A stretch of DNA of 64,000 nucleotides from an uncultured Alphaproteobacteria bacterium (GCA_910585375.1 CAJUCZ010000006.1:1253-65252), one strand, 5' to 3'; counted from the first letter of the stretch, positions 47,333 to 56,792 are shown. The notes: generated by a model not told the origin, from the sequence alone. A program made the numbers and translations.

Positions 47333-47707
47333 ATGCCTGCTTTTCACTCTTCTCATGCTGATACTTTTGATTTTTCAGAAAAGGATTATTCATCCCCGCT
47401 GGATCTGAACCGCCATTTGGTTCCTCATCCCGCTGCCACCTATTTTCTGCGCATGGACAGCGATTCTCTCAGCAGGGACGGCATTTTCCGCGGCGATACG
47501 CTGATTGTTGACCGTACCTTGCAGCCGGTATCAGGCAGTTTAATTGTGGCCGAACTCAACGGAGAATTGCTTGCCCGCCGCCTGCAGCTGTCTTCAAACC
47601 GGACACCCCTGTTGTGCTCTGACGGCAACGGTGCTGACCGTATGATTTCCGCCCGCGACAACTTTTCGGTCTGGGGCGTCATAATCGCAAGTTTCAGAAA
47701 GTACTGA
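47333..47707 (+). CDS. umuD: UmuD-like S24 peptidase-fold protein (short N-terminus, UmuD'-like)
   Basis: Aligns by eye to E. coli UmuD from residue 25 or so onward: HPAATYFLRMDSDSL...GDTLIVDR...IVAELNGELLARRLQL...VWGVII. The ATG at 47333 follows the SOS box. The track ORF starts at 47270. Confidence 0.8.
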   Translation: MPAFHSSHADTFDFSEKDYSSPLDLNRHLVPHPAATYFLRMDSDSLSRDGIFRGDTLIVDRTLQPVSGSLIVAELNGELLARRLQLSSNRTPLLCSDGNGADRMISARDNFSVWGVIIASFRKY

Positions 47708-47708
47708 T

Positions 47709-48962
47709 ATGTTTTTCCTGTTTGACTGCGACAATTTTTTTGTTTCCTGCGAACGGATATTCCGTCCGGATTTGAAAAAACGTCCGGTCGTTGTCCTGTC
47801 CAGCAACGACGGCTGCGTCGTTTCGCGCTCTTACGAGGCCAAAGCTCTGCCGATAGCCATGGGAGCGCCTTATTTCAAAATCGAAAAGATGCTCCGAACC
47901 GCCGGCGGCGTTGCGCTGTCTTCAAATTTCGAACTTTATTCGGACATCTCACGCCGCGTTATGAGTCTGATACGCCAAAGCTGCGGCGCCATACAGGTTT
48001 ATTCCGTCGACGAAGCTTTTGCCCGCCTTCCCGATACCGGCATAAATCATTTTCGGCTGGCGGTCAACATCCGGCGTCAAATTCTAAAAGAAATCGGCAT
48101 CCCGGTTTCTATCGGCATCGCTCCGACTAAAACCCTGTGCAAAGTTGCTTCTTCTCTGGCCAAAAGCAAAGCCTTTGACAAAGTTGAAATTTTGACGGAT
48201 CCGCAAAGAATCCGCCAAACGCTGAAAAATTTTGAAGTCAAAAATATCTGGGGCATCGGCCGCCACCTGACGCCGAAACTCAATTTTCTGGGCATATTCA
48301 CCGCACTTGAACTCCAAAATTCACCGCTGAAAATGATTCGCCGGAACTTTGGCATTCCGCTGGAAAAAACCGTCATGGAACTGAACGGCCGCCCCTGTTT
48401 GGACATTGAACGGGAAGAAACGGCACAAAGTATAACCGTCTCCCGCAGCTTTGAACACGAAATCTCAAATTTCGAACAACTCGAAGCCATAATGACCGGC
48501 TTTACCGACACTGCCTGCCGCCGGCTGCGTGCCCAAAATGCCGCGGCCGGAGAAATTGCCGTTTTTCTGAAAACCAACCGCTTCAGAAATCAAAACGGAA
48601 GCAGCGGCGGCTCTTATCTTGTCTCGCTCGGCGGCCCTTGTATTCACACCGGCCGCTTTATTGCCGCCATGAAATACGGCCTGAAACAAATATTCTCACC
48701 GCAGGAAGCCTACAAATCAGCAGGCATAACCCTGCTGGCAATAGAAAACGCCAATGCTCTCCAAACCTCTTTATTTGAAAAATCTGCCCTGCCGCCGGAA
48801 GAGCAGAAACTCATGCAGGCATTCGACAAACTAAACGCCAAACTCGGTGCCCATACGGTTTTCTTTGCCGCTCAGGCATTGGCTCCGCAAAAATTTATCC
48901 GCAGCAATTTTCATTCCCCGACATACACCACTTCATGGCAGACATTGGCCGGCGCGCACTAA
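47709..48962 (+). CDS. umuC: Y-family translesion DNA polymerase V catalytic subunit
   Basis: MFFLFDCDNFFVSCERIFRPDLKKRPVVVLSSNDGCVVSRS and SVDEAF. Directly follows umuD. Confidence 0.9.
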   Translation: MFFLFDCDNFFVSCERIFRPDLKKRPVVVLSSNDGCVVSRSYEAKALPIAMGAPYFKIEKMLRTAGGVALSSNFELYSDISRRVMSLIRQSCGAIQVYSVDEAFARLPDTGINHFRLAVNIRRQILKEIGIPVSIGIAPTKTLCKVASSLAKSKAFDKVEILTDPQRIRQTLKNFEVKNIWGIGRHLTPKLNFLGIFTALELQNSPLKMIRRNFGIPLEKTVMELNGRPCLDIEREETAQSITVSRSFEHEISNFEQLEAIMTGFTDTACRRLRAQNAAAGEIAVFLKTNRFRNQNGSSGGSYLVSLGGPCIHTGRFIAAMKYGLKQIFSPQEAYKSAGITLLAIENANALQTSLFEKSALPPEEQKLMQAFDKLNAKLGAHTVFFAAQALAPQKFIRSNFHSPTYTTSWQTLAGAH

Positions 48963-48964
48963 AA

Positions 48965-49675
48965 TCATCTGCCGTAAATTTTCTTTTCTATCTTTTTATC
49001 ATCCAAATCCTGCAAACAAAAGAACCAGTCTTCGCAAACGGCACCTTCCGGAAGTTTTTCATCTCTACGTTTCAAGTCATCCATATTGGAGGGTGCCGAT
49101 AACACGACTTTGTCACCGGGCTGCCAATCCGCCGGTGTTGCCACGCCAAAAGCGTCACTGACCTGCATTGCAGTCAAAATACGTTTAATTTCCTGAAAAT
49201 TCCGCCCGTTCGATAAAGGATAATAAATAATCGCCCGAATTTTTCCCTGCGGATCAATAAAAAAGACTGAACGGACGGTTTTGGTATCGCTGGCTCCCGG
49301 TTGGATCATGCCGTATCGCTTAGCCACATCCATACTGACATCGGCCACGACCGGAAAATCCATCTTCGGCGATTTAATGCCGTTAAACTCAATTTTGTCT
49401 TCCATGGTCTTCAGCCACGCCAGATGAGAACTGATACTGTCAACCGAAACCCCGACAAGCTTGGCGTTTAAAACCTCAAATTCATCCGCCATGGCGGCAA
49501 AAGACATCAGTTCGCTGGTACAAACCGGCGTAAAATCAGCCGGATGAGAAAACAAAATCACCCATTTCCCGCTATAATCATCCGGAAAGTTAATTTCACC
49601 CTTCGTTGTTGCCGCCGTAAAAGACGGCGCTTCGTCTCCGATAAGGGGCATCTTTGCATGTTCTGTATTTTCCAT
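48965..49675 (-). CDS. Peroxiredoxin, Prx6-like (1-Cys type)
   Basis: WVILFSHPADFTPVCTSEL peroxidatic Cys motif. 236 aa. GGGAG RBS. Confidence 0.85.
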   Translation of the reverse strand: MENTEHAKMPLIGDEAPSFTAATTKGEINFPDDYSGKWVILFSHPADFTPVCTSELMSFAAMADEFEVLNAKLVGVSVDSISSHLAWLKTMEDKIEFNGIKSPKMDFPVVADVSMDVAKRYGMIQPGASDTKTVRSVFFIDPQGKIRAIIYYPLSNGRNFQEIKRILTAMQVSDAFGVATPADWQPGDKVVLSAPSNMDDLKRRDEKLPEGAVCEDWFFCLQDLDDKKIEKKIYGR

Positions 49676-49800
49676 TACTTCTCCCTCTGAAAAATTGTCT
49701 CACTCCGGCTTATATAAAATCCGTAAACGGCTTTTCAAGCTTTACCAAATATAAAGGATTAAATGTTATATTTCAGACAATTGGCTTAAGGAGAAAAAAC

Positions 49801-51129
49801 ATGAATTTGGACATTTTGCTGGCAATTGCCGGACTGCTGTTGATGCTTTGCGTTTTTGCCAACAAAATTTCCGATAAATACGGCATCCCCGCCCTTTTGA
49901 TTTTTTTGGGGCTTGGCATGCTTGCCGGTTCGGACGGCGTTGGCCGCATAGAATTCCACAATGCCCGCCTGACGAACGTCATTGGTACTATTGCTCTGGC
50001 TTTCATTTTGTTTTCCGGCGGTTTGGACACCAACTGGCAAAACGTCAAAGGCATTGCCAAACGCGGCAGCATATTGTCAACCGCGGGCGTCTTACTGACA
50101 GCGGTCTTCCTTTTCTTATTCAGCCATGATATCTTGGGGTTGTCTGTCGAAATCTCCATGTTGCTCAGCGTCATCGTATCCTCAACCGATGCTCCGGCCG
50201 TTTTTTCCATTCTGCGGTCACATAATTTAAACGTCCAGCCGCGATTGAAAGCCCTGTTGGAATTTGAATCCGGCAGTAATGATCCGATGGCCGTGTTTTT
50301 GTCAATGAGCGCCATTGCCTTTATCTCACAAGCCGATTTTGACATTCTCAGCCTGCTTCGGAGTTTCTTCCTGCAAATGTCTTTGGGCATTATTTTGGGA
50401 TTAAGTTTCGGCTTCGGCGCCTGCCGCCTTCTCTCACAATTCAGTCTGCCATATAAAGGCCTGTACCCTGTTTACGGCGTTGGCGTGGTTTTGTTGAGCT
50501 ATAGTCTGACCCAGCTTGCCGGCGGCAACGGATTTTTGGCAGTCTATCTGTCAGGAATCGTTATGGGGAATACCAGCTACCAATACCGCCGGCACATCAT
50601 CCGCTTTCAGGACTCTCTGGCTTGGATCATGCAGATCAGCATGTTTCTGATTCTGGGTCTGTTAGTCAACCCCAATGAACTCTTTCAGGTCATGCCTGTC
50701 AGCTTTGCCTGCACAATCTTTTTGATTTTTATCGCCCGCCCGCTGGCCGTGTGGCTTTGCCTGCTGCGCAGCGACTTCACCTTAAAAGAACAAATATTTA
50801 TCGGCTGGGCCGGCTTCAAAGGGGCCGTACCGATTATTCTGGCAACCTATCCGCTCATCCGCGGCTTTCCCAATTCTCAATTTTTATTCAACCTGATTTT
50901 CTTTATGGTCATCATTTCCGTGCTGTTTCAGGGCAAAACCCTTGCGCCGCTGGCCCGCCTGCTCCGACTGAACACGGAAAAAACTTTAAATCCGGAAAAT
51001 CCTGATTATATCAGCGAAAATGAAGAAGACGATGATGACGAAGAAGAAAAAGAAGAAAATTTCTCCCGTTTATCATTCCGTAAACTGTTCAGAAAACTGC
51101 TGCATAAAGACCCCAAAGAAGAAGAATGA
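49801..51129 (+). CDS. Cation:proton antiporter (CPA1, NhaP2/K+:H+ type) with an acidic C-terminal tail
   Basis: The ATG at 49801 has an AGGAG RBS. Polytopic, with LGMLAGSDG, FSGGLDT and ESGSNDP motifs typical of NhaP-type exchangers. Tail: ENEEDDDDEEEKEEN. The track ORF starts at 49654. Confidence 0.8.
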   Translation: MNLDILLAIAGLLLMLCVFANKISDKYGIPALLIFLGLGMLAGSDGVGRIEFHNARLTNVIGTIALAFILFSGGLDTNWQNVKGIAKRGSILSTAGVLLTAVFLFLFSHDILGLSVEISMLLSVIVSSTDAPAVFSILRSHNLNVQPRLKALLEFESGSNDPMAVFLSMSAIAFISQADFDILSLLRSFFLQMSLGIILGLSFGFGACRLLSQFSLPYKGLYPVYGVGVVLLSYSLTQLAGGNGFLAVYLSGIVMGNTSYQYRRHIIRFQDSLAWIMQISMFLILGLLVNPNELFQVMPVSFACTIFLIFIARPLAVWLCLLRSDFTLKEQIFIGWAGFKGAVPIILATYPLIRGFPNSQFLFNLIFFMVIISVLFQGKTLAPLARLLRLNTEKTLNPENPDYISENEEDDDDEEEKEENFSRLSFRKLFRKLLHKDPKEEE

Positions 51130-51863
51130 AAAAATACGCTGCTTCAAATTTTCTCAAAATGCTGTTTCAAAACTTTAACTTCAGCATTTTCATTAGCCTG
51201 TTTTTGTTATCAATTTTTCCATTACACGGATATCTCCGCACCTATCCGGCTAATCAGACATTTTCCGGCCTGTTCATCCCTCTCGGCAATGCCGTCATAA
51301 CCGGATTGGCTATTCTGACGCTCAACAGCTTTCTGGCCCGCCGGAACTATATCTTTTCTTACCACCCTCACGACAAACTCAAACTGTTTTGCATCGCATT
51401 CGGCGCCGGACTTTTGGGATATTACATTACGGCATCCTCTCTCGCCACCTACCTGATCAGCCTGATAATAATTTACACGGCAGTAATGAACATTCGCCGC
51501 TTTGCCGGAAAGCTTTCCTCCCTCTTGCGGCAAAATACATTGGCAACACGCAAAGATATCGGCGAATTTGCCAACTTTTTCATCAATTTGATTATCTCTT
51601 TTTCGGTCATAAACCTGAGTCTCAACACCCTTCATAATGACCTCGGGTGGAAACCTGCATTTAATTTCGGAGATGGCTTTGCCGCAGTCATAGACGCTTT
51701 CTACTTCAGCGTCATTACCATAACAACTGTCGGCTACGGTAATATCGTCCCTCAGACATTACTGTCCCGATTTGTTGTCGCTCTAGAATGCCTTACCGGC
51801 TATATTATTTTGGGAATAATGATTGGCATCATCACACGCGGCATTACCGTTCGAAAGAGTTAA
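51126..51863 (+). CDS. Potassium channel (pore-loop TVGYG type)
   Basis: Selectivity filter ITTVGYGNIVP, flanked by TM helices. The start overlaps the antiporter stop (ATGA). Confidence 0.8.
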   Translation: MKKYAASNFLKMLFQNFNFSIFISLFLLSIFPLHGYLRTYPANQTFSGLFIPLGNAVITGLAILTLNSFLARRNYIFSYHPHDKLKLFCIAFGAGLLGYYITASSLATYLISLIIIYTAVMNIRRFAGKLSSLLRQNTLATRKDIGEFANFFINLIISFSVINLSLNTLHNDLGWKPAFNFGDGFAAVIDAFYFSVITITTVGYGNIVPQTLLSRFVVALECLTGYIILGIMIGIITRGITVRKS

Positions 51864-52400
51864 CCGTAACAAATACGCTCCGCCATATGTTTCTGCACTT
51901 ACCGCAAACCGGCAATCCTGCTCATGTTATAACCAACGGACACATCTTCGTCCACAAACTCTGCCGGCCTTTTTGACCGGCTGTCCGGTCCATTTAACGG
52001 TATTACCCACCGCCTTGGCTGCCTTACCGGTCGCTTTTCCTGCCGACCAAACAGTATTTCCGCCGCATATAGGCCGTTCCGACAACACCGACCGCATTTC
52101 CGACGGCCGGAATTGACCGCGTCACGACTCCGGCCGCTTCTGTCCCCTTATCTGCGCTATTCATTCCGCAAACGTTTCGGTTGCCTTTCGCATCTTGAAC
52201 AAAACACCTTGCCTTTTCCGTCCGCGTTCCATACTCCGTTTTACCACATTCTTCACAACACCGCCATCCGAAAACTTCCGGCAACAAATATTCCCATCTG
52301 CAAGCAACAGCATTCATCAAAACATTAACCGATACCCAACGCCACAATTTCCGAAACCATCAGCTCCGGTACTATATCTGTGTAATACATATCCAATAAC

Positions 52401-52604
52401 TTAATACAAAATCTTAATATTTCCAGCAGCCACTCTGCCTTTGTCATCATATAAGTCAAAACTGACCTTTTGACCTTCTTTTAAATATTTAAATCCGATC
52501 TTTTCCAATTGTGAGATATGCAGAAAAAATTCCTGCTTGGTTTCATCATGAACAATAAAACCATATCCCTTTGCCGCATTAAACCATTTAATTCTTCCAA
52601 TCAT
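52401..52604 (-). CDS. cspA: Cold-shock protein (CspA family)
   Basis: 67 aa. GRIKWFNAAKGYGFI (RNP-1) and FLHIS (RNP-2-like). Confidence 0.92.
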   Translation of the reverse strand: MIGRIKWFNAAKGYGFIVHDETKQEFFLHISQLEKIGFKYLKEGQKVSFDLYDDKGRVAAGNIKILY

Positions 52605-52896
52605 TACACCCCCTGAAACTTCTAAAAGAAGTAAAATTTTCTAACAATCAAAAATTATATAAAAAACAAAATTTGTCAACTTTAAAAATAAACTTAAATT
52701 TATTTTATAAAACAAAAAACAACAAAAAATTACAATTTACGCATAATTTTGACACAAAAACCAAGCAAACCCTTACAATATATAAGATTTGTCACGAAAT
52801 AATAAAACCTTTGTTTATAACCCTACAAATAAGCAATTTTTGGAATTAATTATAGTTTTGGATTAGTAAAATTTATTTTTCTGATATTTAAAAAAC

Positions 52897-52927
52897 AAAA
52901 AAGGCGATTCGCATCGCCTTTTTTTTA
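52897..52927 (-). terminator. Rho-independent terminator after rplQ
   Basis: Stem ggcgat/atcgcc (52903-52918), with a T8 run on the plus side and an A-run on the other. Functional for the minus strand through the A/T symmetry. Confidence 0.75.
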
Positions 52928-52941
52928 CTCGAAAGTATAAA

Positions 52942-53382
52942 TTAGTTAGCTTCTTTGGCAGCAGCTTCAGCAGCGGCTTTTTCTTCAGCAACGCGAGCCA
53001 AATCTTTTGCACCTTTGGCATTAACATCTCTGTCAACCAGTTCAATAACAGCCATCGGAGCACAGTCACCATAACGAAAACCGGCTTTCAAAACTCTGGT
53101 ATAACCGCCGTTGCGTTCTTTATAACGTTCGGCCAAAGTGGAGAAAAGCTTGGAAACTACTTCGTTGTCACGAAGAAAAGCCAAAGCCTGTCTGCGGTTG
53201 CTCAAATCACCCTTTTTACCCAGAGTAATCATGTTATCAACAAAAGTTCTCAATTCTTTAGCTCTCGGAAGAGTAACGCTAATCTGTTCATGTGTTAACA
53301 CTGCATTTGTCAGGTTAGCAAACAAAGCTCTTCTCTGGCTTCTTGTCATATTAAGTTTTCTGTGTTTCATTCCATGTCTCAT
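52942..53382 (-). CDS. rplQ: 50S ribosomal protein L17
   Basis: [24 protein letters not shown] is the typical L17 N-terminus. Has an Ala/Glu/Lys-rich C-terminal tail. Confidence 0.95.
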   Translation of the reverse strand: MRHGMKHRKLNMTRSQRRALFANLTNAVLTHEQISVTLPRAKELRTFVDNMITLGKKGDLSNRRQALAFLRDNEVVSKLFSTLAERYKERNGGYTRVLKAGFRYGDCAPMAVIELVDRDVNAKGAKDLARVAEEKAAAEAAAKEAN

Positions 53383-53525
53383 GACATATTTCCTTTCTTT
53401 TTCTCTGTGTCCTGCAGGGCAGAACGGATAAAACGCAGGCCTTTACCACGGTTTCTCAACGAGCTCATGCATAAAGGCACTTCAATCAAGGCCGTTTGTA
53501 ACACACAAAAACCTGAATTGCAAGC

Positions 53526-53572
53526 AAAAAAGACAGCGACCAAAGCTAAAAGCCCCAATCGCTGTCCTTTTT
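53526..53572 (-). terminator. Hairpin plus T-run after the 175-aa ORF
   Basis: 8-bp stem gacagcga/tcgctgtc (53532-53566) with a large loop, followed by T6 on the minus strand. Confidence 0.45.
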
Positions 53573-53581
53573 ACAATTTTC

Positions 53582-54109
53582 CTAACAAGACCGAAGAATC
53601 ATCATGCTCAATATAATAAAGGCGATTTGTCCTTTCCAAATCATAACATTCGTAAGGATCTCCGGCTTGTCCCTTTTCAACGCTAACATCCAAAAGTAAA
53701 CTTTCTCCAAACCGGATACCGCAGCCTCTCTCATTTTCACAATCAAAGCAGGTAGATTTTTCTCAACAAGGCGGAAACCTGCTCTGGTTAAAAGCTGAAC
53801 ACCCAGTCGCTCAACCATTTCCGGCAGATAATGAGGAAAAACCTCAATCAGCGTCACTCCGGCAATAATCAAATCCCCCCACAAGACAAATCCGTGTAGT
53901 CTTCCGCTTTTTTCCACCACATACCACGGAGAACACTTTTCAACGTAACAATTCCGAACTTTGCTCTTAACCTGCTCAGCGGCCACATTATCATCAACCC
54001 TAATAATCAAAGGCTTATTCTTAGTCAAAAACCATTCCGGCAGCACGGGATACTCAAAACAAAAAGCCGTTCGCACAAAAGCCGATAAATCGCCCTGTCG
54101 TGCTTCCAA
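53582..54109 (-). CDS. Hypothetical protein (weak GNAT-like pattern), possibly decayed
   Basis: 175-aa ORF starting at TTG, with an in-frame stop immediately upstream and no clear RBS. The segment YVVEKSGRLHGFVLWG...IEVFPHYLPEMVERLGVQLL loosely resembles the GNAT beta4-alpha3 region. Upstream fragments lie in other frames. Confidence 0.3.
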   Translation of the reverse strand: MEARQGDLSAFVRTAFCFEYPVLPEWFLTKNKPLIIRVDDNVAAEQVKSKVRNCYVEKCSPWYVVEKSGRLHGFVLWGDLIIAGVTLIEVFPHYLPEMVERLGVQLLTRAGFRLVEKNLPALIVKMREAAVSGLEKVYFWMLALKRDKPEILTNVMIWKGQIAFIILSMMILRSC

Positions 54110-54420
54110 TACGGAACATCAGCTCTTGGCACAAAGTGACAATAAACCGTGTAGATCAACATCCAATCTTCTTGCTGAACAAATCATCGCCAAACATCCG
54201 CATCATCATCCCGACAAGGAATAGGAAGACTTCGCCGTTCAGCCTTAACTTTTTTCGGCTCAAAAACTTTAACCTTTTTCTGAACCCAAGTTTGCAAAAT
54301 AATTCTTTTAACATAAGTCTGGTATTTAAAATTAATAATTACAATATAACTCTGAAAGAATAACATATCAAACTTAAAAAACAAGAAAACAATTCCGGCA
54401 AAAACAGTAATTTGCCCCCT

Positions 54421-54670
54421 ATCTTCACCCTGGCCTCATGTCCTCCGCCCCGCCATCTGACTTGGCCTTCCCACATACACTCTTAAACCCGCTCTTTCCC
54501 TCTTCCTCCGTCTTCCCGCATTTGTACACTAATTCCTTCCATACCCCTCATCACCGCACTTATACACATAATCCCCCGCCTTCACTCTATCCTCGCCCTC
54601 TCACATTCGAACATTACCTCACTGCAAATCAACCTCTATTTCCCCCCCTTTTTTCCACCTTCCTTTATTA
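54421..54670. other. Strongly strand-asymmetric tract: C/T/A-rich and G-poor on the plus strand (G-run-rich on the minus strand)
   Basis: My hand count is roughly 17 G in about 250 nt on the plus strand. The minus strand carries many G3-G7 runs (e.g. aagggggggaaa, ggcggggga, ggcggggcggagg). Confidence 0.7.
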
Positions 54671-54698
54671 AAGAAAATGGCAACAAGCTTTAAAATGC

Positions 54699-54731
54699 AA
54701 AAAAGGAAGCTTGATAAAGCTTCCTTTTTCT
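54699..54731 (-). terminator. Rho-independent terminator directly after rpoA
   Basis: Stem aggaagctt/aagcttcct (54704-54725), flanked by an A-run and a T-run. Confidence 0.8.
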
Positions 54732-54746
54732 TTATATTTTCAACAA

Positions 54747-55775
54747 CTAAAAATGTTCATCTACGCGACGAATCAACTCCTCAATGTTTTCAGGCGGCCA
54801 ACCAGGCGTATCCATACCAAGATGAATACCCATTTTTGCCAAAACTTCTTTGATTTCATTCAAAGATTTTCTGCCAAAATTCGGAGTTCTAAGCATTTCA
54901 GCTTCGGTTTTCTGAACCAAATCGCCAATATAAACAATATTGTCGTTTTTAAGGCAATTGGCCGAACGAACAGACAATTCAAGCTCTTCCACTTTCTTAA
55001 GCAGGTTTTTGTTGAACGGCAGTTCTTCTTTTTCAACTTCAACTTCGTTTTCCGGTTCATCAAAGTTAATAAACGGCTTCAACTGATCTTGCAAGATTCT
55101 TGCAGCCAAAGCAACCGCATCTTCCGGAGAAACGACATTGTTGGTCTCAACAACCAGTGTCAACTTATCATAGTCGGTAACCTGACCGACACGGGTGTTC
55201 TCAACTTTGTAAGAGACCTTCTTAACCGGAGAATAAATTGCATCTACAGCAATCACGCCGATCGGAGCATCAGCAGCTTTATTCTGAAATGCCGGTACAT
55301 AACCTTTACCGGTATTAACCGTCAATTCCATATTAATTTTAGCACCGGCATCCAGATTGCAAATAACATGGTTAGGATTCTTAATTTCAACATCATGACC
55401 GGTCTCAATCATCTGTGCGGTAACCTCACAAGGACCTTCAGCCTTCAAAGTCATCGTCTTCGGGCCTTCGCCGTGAACGGCCACGGCCAATCCTTTAATA
55501 TTCAGGACGATATCTGTAACATCTTCTCTGACCCCCGGAATAACGGAAAACTCATGAAGTACACCGTTAATTTTGATAGCGGTTACGGCGCCGCCTTGCA
55601 GAGAAGACAGCAAAACGCGTCTCAGCGCGTTACCCAAAGTTAATCCGAAACCCCGCTCCAGAGGTTCAACCACGATTTTAGCTTTGCTGCCGCCCTCACT
55701 GGGAACAACTTCTAAGTTCGTAGGTTTAATAAGTTCTTGCCAATTCTTTTGAATCACTGGTATGTCCTCTTTCAA
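54747..55775 (-). CDS. rpoA: DNA-directed RNA polymerase alpha subunit
   Basis: 342 aa. [23 protein letters not shown], plus the C-terminal domain [23 protein letters not shown]. Confidence 0.97.
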   Translation of the reverse strand: MKEDIPVIQKNWQELIKPTNLEVVPSEGGSKAKIVVEPLERGFGLTLGNALRRVLLSSLQGGAVTAIKINGVLHEFSVIPGVREDVTDIVLNIKGLAVAVHGEGPKTMTLKAEGPCEVTAQMIETGHDVEIKNPNHVICNLDAGAKINMELTVNTGKGYVPAFQNKAADAPIGVIAVDAIYSPVKKVSYKVENTRVGQVTDYDKLTLVVETNNVVSPEDAVALAARILQDQLKPFINFDEPENEVEVEKEELPFNKNLLKKVEELELSVRSANCLKNDNIVYIGDLVQKTEAEMLRTPNFGRKSLNEIKEVLAKMGIHLGMDTPGWPPENIEELIRRVDEHF

Positions 55776-55861
55776 TTAGTGCATATGCATATTTTACAAA
55801 ACTCAAGAGAAAGCGAGGCACTAAAGCAGCCTCGATCTCTTTACATAACAAAGATAAAAGA

Positions 55862-56254
55862 CTAAACGCGGCGTCTTTTTCTCAAGCGGCAGCCATTGTG
55901 AGGAATAGGAGTAACATCACGAATGGAAGTGATGGTAAAACCTATAACCTGCAATGCTCTGATCGCAGATTCTCTACCAGAACCGGGACCTTTAACTTCA
56001 ACTTCCAGAGTTTTCATGCCGTGTTCCTGAGCTTTTTTACCGGCATCTTCTGCCGCTACCTGAGCAGCATAAGGGGTAGATTTTCTGGAACCCTTAAAAC
56101 CCTGAGCACCCGATGTTGACCAAGCAACAGTATTGCCTTGAGCATCGGTAATTGTAATTCTTGTATTGTTAAAAGTAGAATTTACATGAGCCACGCCCGC
56201 TGTAATATTCTTCTTTTCTTTTTTCTTCACACGTTGTGATACTGCTTTTGCCAT
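55862..56254 (-). CDS. rpsK: 30S ribosomal protein S11
   Basis: [18 protein letters not shown]...[14 protein letters not shown]...[13 protein letters not shown]. Confidence 0.97.
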   Translation of the reverse strand: MAKAVSQRVKKKEKKNITAGVAHVNSTFNNTRITITDAQGNTVAWSTSGAQGFKGSRKSTPYAAQVAAEDAGKKAQEHGMKTLEVEVKGPGSGRESAIRALQVIGFTITSIRDVTPIPHNGCRLRKRRRV

Positions 56255-56273
56255 TTAACAACTACCCTTCAAA

Positions 56274-56642
56274 CTATTTTTTCTTGTTAGCGACAGTTTT
56301 ACGTTTACCTTTGCGGGTTCTGGCATTCTGTTTAGTGCTCTGTCCGCGGACCGGCAAACCTTTACGATGTCTCAAGCCTCTGTAGCAGCCGAGATCCATC
56401 AGTCTTTTAATATTAACACCGACTTCACGGCGCAATTCGCCTTCAACGAGGCAGTTTGAATCAATTTCTTCACGGATTTTGGCAATCTCGTCTTCGCTCA
56501 GATCCTGAACGCGACGATCGCCGGAAACTCCGGTTTTTGCACAAATGTCTTGAGCAGTTTTTCTTCCAATACCGAAAATATAAGTCAATGCGACTTCAAT
56601 TTTCTTGGCAGTTGGGATATTTACACCAGCTATACGAGCCAA
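56274..56642 (-). CDS. rpsM: 30S ribosomal protein S13
   Basis: [10 protein letters not shown]...ALTYIFGIG...[18 protein letters not shown] start with a GGAGAG RBS. Confidence 0.97.
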   Translation of the reverse strand: MARIAGVNIPTAKKIEVALTYIFGIGRKTAQDICAKTGVSGDRRVQDLSEDEIAKIREEIDSNCLVEGELRREVGVNIKRLMDLGCYRGLRHRKGLPVRGQSTKQNARTRKGKRKTVANKKK

Positions 56643-56712
56643 ATTAACTCTCCATTTTAAAAAAATTTACCACATTCAAAAAGTTGATCACCACTCTTCA
56701 AAATTAAGGCGG

Positions 56713-56740
56713 ATTATATGCCAAAAAATTTTAGTGTCAA
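56713..56740 (-). promoter_or_regulatory. Near-consensus sigma70-type promoter for rpsM-rpsK-rpoA
   Basis: Minus strand: TTGACA (56740-56735), a 16-nt spacer, then TATAAT (56718-56713). This is about 70 nt upstream of the rpsM start. Confidence 0.6.
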
Positions 56741-56792
56741 CCACCCTTTTTACAAAATTCTTGAAAAAAACGCATTTTTTTCAAAAAATTCA

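Noticed and set aside
52605-52896. Very AT-rich spacer of about 290 nt upstream of cspA, considered as a possible ncRNA or element
   Set aside because: It fits a csp promoter plus a long 5' leader: TTGACA at about 52678 on the minus strand, with a -10-like TAATTT after 16 nt. I saw no repeats or conserved RNA motifs.
54438-54671. 77-aa Pro/Ser/Leu/His-rich plus-strand ORF in the G-poor tract
   Set aside because: The amino-acid composition is simply what translating C/T-rich DNA produces. There is no RBS and no plausible fold. The tract is reported as a compositional anomaly instead.
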